In this document: positions 54,101 through 62,888 of the stretch, piece by piece
How positions within the stretch are numbered: the stretch's first letter is position 1
Layout of the letters: every line of letters starts with the position of its first letter
Origin: a bacterium
GTDB lineage: Bacteria > UBA8248
Reading direction: 5' to 3'
NCBI GenBank assembly: GCA_965221165.1
Contig: CBDCRP010000003.1
Location: 1,376,001 to 1,440,000, forward strand
DNA length: 64,000 nucleotides
Made by a program: the position numbers and the translations under genes
Notes under the pieces: model-generated
What the model was told of the DNA's origin: nothing
Seen by the model: the letters and a program-made list of their open reading frames with translations, nothing else
Database searches by the model: none

Positions 54101-54129
54101 TTGCGCTTCGCGTCTCGTTCGTCTTTAAT
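54101..54129 (+). promoter_or_regulatory. Putative sigma70 promoter of the deiodinase-like gene
   Basis: TTGCGC-N17-TTTAAT. Confidence 0.45.
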
Positions 54130-54176
54130 GGAACGGCATTTTTTCATACCCCCCGACACCGGATATAGGAGCGCAC

Positions 54177-54824
54177 ATGCGAGAAACGGACGAATTCGAC
54201 AGGCCGCCGGGCCCGTTGTTCGGGCTTTGGAGCGCGTTTTACATCGACAAGTGGAAATTTCTGAAACGAAACCTCATGGGAGCTCGAAAAGAGCGCAAAC
54301 AGGCGTTCCGCGACACCCTGCAGCCGGGCGACCCGATGCCGGACGTCCGCCTCAAGGCCACCGAGGACACCGCGTTCGACCTCGCAGATTTTTTCGGCAA
54401 AAAGAACATCGTCATCGAATTCGGGGCCATCACCTGACCCCCCTATCGCCGGCAGGTGGCCGGCGTCGAGAGTTTGCAGGAGAAATACCAGGGTGAGGAC
54501 GTGGTCTTCTTCGTCGTCTACTCGAAAGAACCCCACGCGGGCGAAACCCGCCATTTCAAGAAATACGCGCAGCACGAGACGTATGAGCACAAGAAAAAAT
54601 ATGCCGAAGAACTCGTGGCGGAATTCGGCATGAAGGCGCCCGTCCTGATCGACGACCTGGACGAGAGCGTCGTGCACGCATTCGGCCGCATGCCGAACAT
54701 GACGTTCATCGTCGATAAGGAAGGGAAGATCGCCTACAAGTCCGACTGGATGGAGGCTGCGCGCATCGAGGAGTTGCTCGACAAGTTGCTGGCCGAACAG
54801 ACGGCAGAGGCGGCGACCGCCTGA
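54177..54824 (+). CDS. Iodothyronine deiodinase-like / thioredoxin-fold selenoprotein (Sec at TGA 54435-54437)
   Basis: ORFs 54177-54437 and 54456-54824 are in frame. Readthrough gives EFGAIT-U-PPYR...VVYSKEPHAGE...LIDD...AFGRMPN..FIVDKEGKIAYK. RBS AGGAG. SECIS-like hairpin follows. Confidence 0.88.
54447..54465 (+). promoter_or_regulatory. Putative bacterial SECIS element
   Basis: CGCCGGC-AGGTG-GCCGGCG perfect 7-bp stem. The GG-containing loop lies 16 nt after the UGA. Confidence 0.75.
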
Positions 54825-54890
54825 CCGGAGGAGCCTGAGGATCAACTCCCGCAAGCAAGGGGCGCGCAGGAGTTCAAACGGAAACACACG

Positions 54891-54919
54891 GGGCGGCCCA
54901 CGCGGCGGGCCGCCCTTTT
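54891..54919 (+). terminator. Rho-independent terminator
   Basis: GGGCGGCCC-N7-GGGCCGCCC-TTTT. Confidence 0.65.
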
Positions 54920-54968
54920 CCGTCCGCATCGCGTATGAGCACCGACCGCTTGGAATGGTGAAAGAAGA

Positions 54969-55718
54969 ATGAATCGAACCGGAGAAAAGAATTCGCGGGG
55001 GCGGCATTGGACCAGGGACGAAGAAATACTGGCAATGGATGCCTATGTTTCTGGAGTGAAAGACAAAGAGAGCGATCCAAGATTCAAGGAATTGTGTGAA
55101 CTTCTGGATAAACCGTTTGATAGCGTCCGGATGAGGTTCGCGAATTATAACTACCTTAATCCTGAGCATCCCCGCAAAGGTCTTTCAGGCGGCAAAACTC
55201 CGAAGATTCAAAAGGTGTGGGATGAGTTTGCCGATGACCCGGACAGGCTAAACTCCACGGCCAACACCATAAAACAGCATATCGAAACGGATCAGAAGCC
55301 GGGAGAGTCGCAGAACACAGAATCGCTGGGGCCCATTGCTGAGGCTTCCGAAGGGGAAATTCTTACCAAATCTCATATAGTCCGTGAACGAAACCGTAAA
55401 CTCATCCAAAAGAAGAAAAAAAGCGTCCTTCAAAAAACTGGTCGGCTGGTTTGCGAGGCGTGCGGGTTCGACTTTACAAAAAAGTATGGTGAAAGAGGCG
55501 AGGGCTTCATCGAGTGCCATCACACCAAGCCGTTGCGCGACTTGAAGCCTGGAAGCGCGACTCGCTTGACTGACTTGGTTTTGCTGTGTTCGAACTGCCA
55601 CAGTATGGTACATGCGAAGGAGCCGTGGTTGGAGATGAAAGAACTCGTTCGTTTGATCAATTCGGCCAAGCGCGGGGGCCGCGCGCGTAAGAACGCCCCA
55701 AAGCGCCGTCAGGGATAG
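54969..55718 (+). CDS. HNH endonuclease (McrA-like, candidate modification-dependent restriction)
   Basis: WTRDEEILA N-terminus, ERNRKL, CEACGFDF..KYG..GFIECHH, LLCSNCHSMVH. Lower GC. Confidence 0.85.
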   Translation: MNRTGEKNSRGRHWTRDEEILAMDAYVSGVKDKESDPRFKELCELLDKPFDSVRMRFANYNYLNPEHPRKGLSGGKTPKIQKVWDEFADDPDRLNSTANTIKQHIETDQKPGESQNTESLGPIAEASEGEILTKSHIVRERNRKLIQKKKKSVLQKTGRLVCEACGFDFTKKYGERGEGFIECHHTKPLRDLKPGSATRLTDLVLLCSNCHSMVHAKEPWLEMKELVRLINSAKRGGRARKNAPKRRQG

Positions 55719-55726
55719 AAAACCCC

Positions 55727-56851
55727 ATGAGCACCGAATACGCATGGTTTCTGCCGACGGGAAGATACGGCGACGGCCACACCATCAACGCCAAGACTCC
55801 CGAGCGTCCCCCGACCGTGGAATATATCTCGGAAGTAGCGCGCGCGGCGGAGGAGGCGGGCTTCGTGAACCTGCTCGTGCCTACGGGCTCTCATTGCCTG
55901 GACGCATGGATGATCACGCTCGCCGTCGCGGGGCGCACAGAGCGCATCAAGTTCTGCGTGGCCTTCCGGCCCGGGCTTAGCAGTCCCGTGCTCACCGCCC
56001 AGCAGGCGAACACGTACGACGCCGTGACGGGCGGGCGGCTGACGGTGAACGTCGTGACGGGCTCGACGCCGCTTGATCAGAAACGATACGGCGATCATTT
56101 GGCCCATGCGGAGCGCTACGCGAGGACGGATGAGTTCCTGGACGTCGTGAAGGCGCTCTGGACGAGCGAGGAGCCCGTGAGTTATTCGGGGAAATACTAC
56201 AAGATAGAAAATGCATCGCTCTACGCAAAGCCTGTCTCGAAGCCCCACCCCACGATATTTCTGGGCGGCAGTTCGGAAGCGGGCCGTCGCGTGGGCGCGA
56301 AACACGCCGACGTGCACATGATGTGGGCGGTGGCGCCCGATCAGGTGGCCGAAGACGCCGCGGACATGCGCCGCCGCGCGGAGGAAGCGGGGCGTGATGA
56401 TCTGCGCTTCGGCCTCAGGCTCCACGTGATGTGCCGCGAGAGCAAAAAAGAGGCCCGCCGCGCCGCCGAGGCGCTTTTAGAAGACAGCGCGCTCGAGAAC
56501 ACGAGGATGTGGGCCGATCAGCGGAATCATTCGGAGAGCGAGGGCCAGCGCCGCATGAACGAACTCTACGAGGGCGGCTCCCCCTGGCTCACCGATACCC
56601 TCTGGATGGGGGTGAACAAGGTGCGCTCGGGCGCAGCCGCCATGCTCGTGGGCACGCCCGACATGCTGGCCGCAGCCTTAAGGGAATATGTGGACTTGGG
56701 CGTTCGCAACTTCATCCTCTCGGGCTGGCCGCATCTGGAAGAAGCCGAGATTTTCGGCCGCGAAGTCATGCCGCTCTTGGGAGACACCCACCCCGCGCGG
56801 CTCGAATCCCCGAATTTTACCGGTCAAGAAGGCCCGGCCCCCACCCTTTGA
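55727..56851 (+). CDS. LLM-class flavin-dependent monooxygenase (SsuD/SfnG-like)
   Basis: WFLPT..GD, AEEAGF..LL.PTG, RIKFCVAFRPG, GRLTVNVVTG, GGSSEAG, FILSG.PHLEEA. Confidence 0.88.
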   Translation: MSTEYAWFLPTGRYGDGHTINAKTPERPPTVEYISEVARAAEEAGFVNLLVPTGSHCLDAWMITLAVAGRTERIKFCVAFRPGLSSPVLTAQQANTYDAVTGGRLTVNVVTGSTPLDQKRYGDHLAHAERYARTDEFLDVVKALWTSEEPVSYSGKYYKIENASLYAKPVSKPHPTIFLGGSSEAGRRVGAKHADVHMMWAVAPDQVAEDAADMRRRAEEAGRDDLRFGLRLHVMCRESKKEARRAAEALLEDSALENTRMWADQRNHSESEGQRRMNELYEGGSPWLTDTLWMGVNKVRSGAAAMLVGTPDMLAAALREYVDLGVRNFILSGWPHLEEAEIFGREVMPLLGDTHPARLESPNFTGQEGPAPTL

Positions 56852-56865
56852 GTGAAAGGTGAACG

Positions 56866-57555
56866 ATGAACTACCACGTTTTCGATACCAGTGAGATGGA
56901 CCACCAGCAAACCTATCGCCTGCTCATCGGCTCCGTCGTCCCCCGGCCCATCGCCTGGGTGAGCACGATGAGCGCGCAGGGCGTGGCGAACCTCGCGCCT
57001 TTCAGCTTCTTCACCATGGTCTCCCACTATCCGCCCATGGCGGCGATTTCCGTCGGCGAACGCGAGAAGGCTCCCAAGGACACCGCGCGCAACATTCTGG
57101 ATACCAAGGGCTACGTCATCCACACGGTGGTGAACGGCTGGGAGGAGTCGATGAACGTATGCGCGGGAAATTTCGCGCCCGAGGAGAGCGAGTTCGAGGC
57201 GGCGGGCCTCGAAACCACACCCTCGGACCTCGTGGACGCCCCGCGCATCAAGGACGCGCCGGTGGCGATGGAGTGCCGCTTCGAGCGTATGATTCCCTTC
57301 GGGGATGAATGGGTGACGCACCTCGTCATCGGCGAGGTGCTGCGCTGGCACGTGCGCGAGGATATAATACTGAGCGATGGCGGCAAAATCTACATCGATC
57401 CGGCGAAACTCCAGCCCGTGGGCAGGCTGGGCGGCCCGAGATACTGCCGCACGCAGGACATCTTCGAGATGCAGGCCCCCTACATCCAGCCCGACAGGGT
57501 GCACCCCAACGACCCCGCGCAGAACGACGTCCAGCCGGTGAAAACGGATTCCTGA
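56866..57555 (+). CDS. Flavin reductase family protein (DIM6/NTAB-like)
   Basis: VVPRPIAWVST, NLAPFSFF, KDTARNI, GRLGG..Y. Confidence 0.88.
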   Translation: MNYHVFDTSEMDHQQTYRLLIGSVVPRPIAWVSTMSAQGVANLAPFSFFTMVSHYPPMAAISVGEREKAPKDTARNILDTKGYVIHTVVNGWEESMNVCAGNFAPEESEFEAAGLETTPSDLVDAPRIKDAPVAMECRFERMIPFGDEWVTHLVIGEVLRWHVREDIILSDGGKIYIDPAKLQPVGRLGGPRYCRTQDIFEMQAPYIQPDRVHPNDPAQNDVQPVKTDS

Positions 57556-57661
57556 GGGCGGAGCGGCGGCGCAGATTCACCCCCTTGCGCGGTCGTTTAC
57601 CGGCTTAGTATCATCTCGCGGAAAAACCCGCAGCGTTTGCGATGAATCATGGGGAGAACAG

Positions 57662-57962
57662 ATGAAGAAAACCATTTTGGCCGCCGTGGCCTTAAGTCTT
57701 TGCCTTATGTCGAACGGCGTGGCCCGAGCCGAGAAAAAAATGATGACTGCCGACGCCGTCTCGAAGCACATGGTCGCCCAAGCGACCCTGACGGCGCACC
57801 TCATCGCCGCGGCGATCAGGGCGGGAATGAGCAAAAAAGAGATCAACGCCGTCCTCGCCAGGGTGGCCGCGCAAACTGGACGGCAAGTCATTCAAATACG
57901 TGGGCGGGGCGGGCGTGGACGGCCCCCGGATCGTTCAGGTCGGCGTATCCGGGGCGAAATAA
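57662..57962 (+). pseudogene. Exported Cache-like sensor protein with internal deletion/frameshift
   Basis: Signal peptide and helical N-terminus (…AGMSKKEINAVL…AQT). At about 57877 another frame reads LDGKSFKYVGGAGVDGPRIVQVGVSGAK*, a Cache-type C-terminal strand pair. Confidence 0.55.
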
Positions 57963-58065
57963 CCATATCCCCACTCTGCCGCCGGAAAGAGTGTAATAAT
58001 ATGGGCAGGTTGAACGAAAATTTCTTAGAGGCCGACGCCCGCGATGATTCGGAGCCGCCAAGCCC

Positions 58066-58725
58066 ATGAGCGCAATGGATGAGAATTTAATCCAGGAGAT
58101 GGCGGCGGAAGCGCTCGATCCCAAGAGTGTCGCGGCCGATCCCATCACCCAGTTCCGCCGCTGGTACGCGCAGGCCCGGAGCGCTGCGATTCTGCGCGAG
58201 GACGCGATGACGCTCGCCACCGTGGGGCCGGACGGCGCGCCCGCAGCGCGGATTGTGCTTTACAAGGACCTCACGGACCTGGGCTATGCGGAGGCGGATT
58301 TTCCCTTTTTTACGAACTATGAGAGCGACAAGGGCGAGCAGCTTGCGCACGACGCGAGAGCCGCCCTCGTCTTCCACTGGAAGCCCCCCGCCCGGCAGGT
58401 GCGCGCGGAAGGCGTGGTGGAAAAACTACCCGAGCGCGTATCCGACGCCTATTTCGCCTCCCGCCCGCGCGCCAGCCAGATAGGCGCATGGGCCTCGCCC
58501 CAGAGCCGGGTGATTCCCTCCCGCGCTTTTATGGAGGAAAAAGAAAGAGCCCTGGAAGATGAATACAAAGGTTGCGACGTGCCGAGACCTCCCCACTGGG
58601 GCGGCTACGTCCTGAAACCCCGCTCGGTTGAATTCTGGCAGCACCGCGACAGCCGCCTACACGACCGCGTGCGCTACACGCTGGAAGCGGACGGTGCGTG
58701 GCGGGTGGAACTCCTGGGGCCGTAA
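58066..58725 (+). CDS. pdxH: Pyridoxamine 5'-phosphate oxidase
   Basis: AMTLAT, ARIVL.K, FFTNYES.KG, YF.SRP..SQIGAWAS.QS, EFWQ...RLHDR. Confidence 0.95.
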   Translation: MSAMDENLIQEMAAEALDPKSVAADPITQFRRWYAQARSAAILREDAMTLATVGPDGAPAARIVLYKDLTDLGYAEADFPFFTNYESDKGEQLAHDARAALVFHWKPPARQVRAEGVVEKLPERVSDAYFASRPRASQIGAWASPQSRVIPSRAFMEEKERALEDEYKGCDVPRPPHWGGYVLKPRSVEFWQHRDSRLHDRVRYTLEADGAWRVELLGP

Positions 58726-58736
58726 AAACATCCCGC

Positions 58737-59779
58737 TCAATCGTAGCGATAGGGCCTCCCCGCCTTCTTCATGGCCGCGTTGTAGGCGCGCAGAATCTCG
58801 ACCACGCGCGCGTTGCGCGGGCTTAAGCCCGAGACTTCGTCCCAGAACCTCGCCGCCTCGGCCTCGACTCGCGCCCACTGCGCATCCGGGATGGAGGTCA
58901 ATTTCAGCTTTTTACCCTCCACGCGCAGCTTCGCCTCGCCCGCCCAGTACCAGTGCTGCCGATAGTAGTGCGAGCCGTCCATCGAGAGCCGGAAGAGTTC
59001 CTGGAGATGACCGGGCAGGGCGTTCCATTTATCGGAGTTGGCGAAGTAGGACCCGCACCACGCGCCCGAGATGTTGTTGGTGAGAAAGTATTTGGCCGCG
59101 TCCGCCCAGCCGACCGCATACGCCTCGGTGATGCCCGACCACGCGACGCCGTCCAGCTTGCCGCTCCTGAGCGCGGGGACACCTCCTCGAAAGAAAGCGT
59201 CACCGGCAAGACGCCGAAGCGCGACAAGAACCGCCCCGCCGTGGGAAACGTGAACACTTTCATACCTCTCAGATCATCGAGGCTGCGAATGGGTTTGACG
59301 GTGGTGAAATGGCAGGGGTCCCACGCGCCGGCGCCCAGCCAGGCGACGCCCCCGGCCTCGGCGTAGGCTTCCGCCCATATCTCGTTCAGCCCCCACTGGT
59401 GGAACAGCGCGGGCACGTCGAGGCCGTAGCGGGTGGCGAACGGGAAGTAGCCCCCGAATACGGCGACGTCCACCGGAGACCCCATCGACTCGTCATCCGA
59501 CTGAACGGCGTCCACGACGCCTCGCTGCACCGCGCGGAACAATTCCCCGCCAGGCGCCAACTGATCCGCGAAGTAGAGCGCGATCTCCATCTCGCCGTTC
59601 GCCGCCTTGTTGAACGAATCGACCTGGGGCTTCACGACGTGCTCGGCGAGTGCGGGACTCGCATAGGTCTGGAGCCGCCATTTGATCCTGGTCTTCGATT
59701 CCGCCCGGACGGCAGGAGCCGCCATCGCCACAGCACCCGCCGCCACCGCCGTTTTCAGGAACTTGCGTCTGCTCGCCAT
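58737..59779 (-). pseudogene. dctP: TRAP transporter substrate-binding protein DctP (Tat signal) with one frameshift
   Basis: SRRKFLK Tat motif, WRLQ. A 1-nt loss at about 59180 (GAG GAG GT-GTC) joins to ...PALRSGKLDG...YYRQHWYWAGE...GRPYRYD*. No dctQM nearby. Confidence 0.8.
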
Positions 59780-59925
59780 TTTCCGGCTCCCTTCTTAGTC
59801 GCGTAATCAACGTCAATGTCGAACGCCCGAGATCTCGGGCCTCCAGAACGATGGGGATTATACGTGATCTCGCTCTCGACTGAAGAGGGTCAATCCCGAC
59901 TGAGGAAGGAGGGATTGTTGCGCCT

Positions 59926-60057
59926 TCACGAAGTGCCGATCTTCTCGGTCAACTGCGCACGCGCGTCCTTCCCGTCCACCATCTTCTCCACGATGATGAA
60001 CAGGCCGCCGGTTTCCCTCTCCCACAGCGTGCCGATGACGCGCTTCTCGGCGGTGTC
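59926..60057 (-). pseudogene. C-terminal remnant of a type III restriction Res-like helicase/nuclease
   Basis: Manual translation DTAEKRVIGTLWERETGGLFIIVEK...IGTS*. High GC with an abrupt junction to low-GC DNA at about 60057. Confidence 0.5.
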
Positions 60058-61344
60058 AGGGCAATTCGGGCAACTTTATAGTTTCGCGTTCCGATTCGGG
60101 GAATTGCCTGCGGTAGTCCTCCAGCAATTTACTCTTTTCTTCGTCGGTGATTTTTTCGCCGGCGAAGTAGGCGATAATGCTAGTCGGCAACTTGCGGTTT
60201 TTGGTGATAATTCTGCCGTCCGAAGCCCCGCCCGCCCAAAGAATGCCTTGCCACACCTTCTTGATATTTTCTCCGGTGATGCCCTAAGGCAGGGCGTTCA
60301 GCCTTTCGCACGCTTCTCGGTTGCTCATATTGGTGGGAGCACCCGTCAGGCGCAAAAAAGCGAGAACCAGACATTCTTGGGGCACTGGCTTGCCCAGCAG
60401 ATTCGTTTTACGTATTTCGCAGCGTTTTTCGTCACCCGATTCCTCGGGGTCGCTAAGCGCATCAGCGAATACATCGATCTGCTCCAGTAATATTTCCCAC
60501 ACTTCCCGTATTTTATGGCGATAGATTTTTTGCTTGTCGTCATCGGGCAGTTGGTTCGTGTCTAGTCTTCCATTAGGAAATGTCTCGATAATCGCCTTGT
60601 TGCAGTTGTAGATGGTGGAAAGAGTAGTGGATTCTGGGTTGCTCTGGCTCAAGGTGTTGCTTCTGTATCTGGCTAGTCGCCCGCCAATCAGTTCGTTGGC
60701 GATTTCACGCGACAGCACGGCGGCTATATCGTCATCGTCGGTAACGTAATTTTGCCCGGCCGTGGTCGGTTTGGCATATCGATTAACGCGCGTGAATATC
60801 TTGTGCGCCTTTTGCGGTTCGTAGGCAACTAGAATAACAGTGACATCTTCTTGGCCGAGTTTGATGCAGGGGCTGATGTTGGGAATGTCACGCTGTTTTT
60901 CATCACGTCCGGTAAAGGCAAACTCAATCGCTTTCAGTCGATGTTGACCATCCAACGGGACGAGTACTTCTCCACCAGTGAAAGTCAGAAAACCCATGCC
61001 GGAAGCCGCCGCGCGACACAAGTTGGGCAAGCCTCTCGTCGTCACGTCGGACAAAGGCTCTAATAAAACCTCGTCTTCATCTCCAAAATTTATCGCCGCG
61101 ACAATAATCGCGCCGAAAAAACGCGAATCATCGTTAGCTAAATATGGTGCGATTTGTTTTCTGAGGCGGTTGTAATTGATGTCTCGCTGGTAGCGTTCTT
61201 CAACGGATAGGTTTTCGTCCCATTCCTTGATTTTTCGCGGAAAGCGGAATTGATTGGCTAAATCCCATGCCTTCATTTTAAGAATAAAATAATTTTTCCT
61301 CCCATACGAGAGCGCATCGCTGGATAGAGGGAGGGGGTTCTCAT
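60056..61344 (-). pseudogene. DGQHR-domain / DndB-like protein, disrupted
   Basis: YQRDINYNR, RFFGAII, LDGQHRL, IFTRVNRYAKP. In-frame TAG at 60284-60286 (probably TGG). Frameshift in the A-run near 61293-61297 (YPAMRSRMGG|NYFILKM). Confidence 0.75.
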
Positions 61345-61348
61345 GGCG

Positions 61349-62110
61349 TCAGGGGGGATATTTTTGAGGTTCAATCATGAGCCAATTGCTTTCAAACGAA
61401 TTGTTTTTCGCGGTTTCAATTAGTGGCGCTATTGTGCGGATAAGCGCCTCCTTTTGTCTGTTTGGGTCAGTCAATTGTTCAGATGTGAGTTGCAAGTCAA
61501 CACGGTAAGCCTCTGTGATCTCTAAAACAACGCTGAAAATATCGATTCCAAGTCATTAGCGCCGTATGTTGCAACGCGACAAAACGCTGAAAGTATTGTT
61601 CGTGGGGGAGGCGGTCACGCTTTTGTGCATTTGCATCCTCAGTTGAGGGAATGACATTCCAAGATCGATTGTGCCCGATGAAACTCCACGGCACATAATG
61701 GTCGAGATGGAAGTCCCGTGGGTGAAGTGGATCGCCGCTGTAAATGCAACGAATGCCGCCTAGCGTTTTCTCCATAATCTCTCGCCAAAACTCCCGCTCT
61801 CCTTTCCATTGTCCGCGAGATTCTGGAAAACCGATCTTGTTGGCGACCGCAGGAATGTTTGGGTTCCGTGCTTGTAGATAGTTCGTCCAGTGCATAAAGC
61901 CCAACACCAGACGATTTTCATATTACGCTTAAAATAATCGCGCCAAAGCGGATGCAGGATAATGGTTTTATCTGTCAATTTATATGGTGGTGGGTTTTGA
62001 GTATAAAAAGATTCTTCGGCGAATCGCATCAATGCCTCGCGAGCCACTTTTTCCGCGCGCGTTGGGTTATGAACCCAACGGCCCCCTTGAATCTCTTTAT
62101 TTCCAACCTA
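61349..62110 (-). pseudogene. HNH endonuclease domain protein, 5'-truncated with two frameshifts
   Basis: LHPLWRDYF...WAL|HWTNYLQARNPNIPAVANKI...CIYSG...LDHYVPWSF...WNVIP...NAQKRD|...IAPLIETAKNNSF..W. Shifts near 61892 and 61535. Confidence 0.7.
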
Positions 62111-62888
62111 ATTCTCTGCTCTGTCCGTGAATTGTCCGCCTTCAAATCCAGGGGAAGGCACTCGGGGAGAGAGGGTGCGCAGGGGGGAGCGCTAGCACCG
62201 GTATCAGAAAACGAGTGTCGCGCCCCCTGCCCCTGTGCCCATGGGGGCCAGTATACGGATTATGTGACATGGGCCCGAGAAAAATATTGGGGAGAATAAT
62301 TCAAATGCCGAGAAACATTGCCTTGTAAGGGCAATGCAAGGGGTATGAGCCTGATTGAGCTTGTAGTGACCTGGAGCGATACGTTTCAAGGAGTTGAGCA
62401 ATTCCCGAAGTGAACCTGAGTGACTCCGGTTGGTACTGATACGCACCGGTTGTAGTCACCTATAAGGACACCACCCAGATGGTTCCGGTGGGTTCCTCAG
62501 GCCTGTGCAAATGCCCTCCCGGAAGTGGATCGGGTTTTAGGTCGTTTTTTCCTACTCCACGAATCCTGTGCATGGCGATTTACTAATTTGCCATGCACGG
62601 GGCAATCAGAACATGAAAAATGGCTTTGGCTTTGACCATAAGATGGATCATGGCACGCCTAAACCTGATCTGGCGACCTCGGCAAAGTATTCTTTTTATG
62701 GAGGATCCAATTTTTGCGGAGCACAGGAGTGGTACAACAACTGAGGGCAGGTCAACTGCCCATACTTCTGTTCAAAAGCTGCGTGCAATCCTCACATGAA
62801 AAGATTAGAATTGAGCTTTAAGCTTAGGTTATCTATCAATCCGTAGTCTCGTATTCAGGCTCCCCGGGCGGGATGACCCCACGTGGGA

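Noticed and set aside
60284-60286. In-frame TAG in the DGQHR gene as pyrrolysine or readthrough
   Set aside because: The context (LP*G) fits a TGG-to-TAG mutation, and the same gene and its neighbour carry frameshifts.
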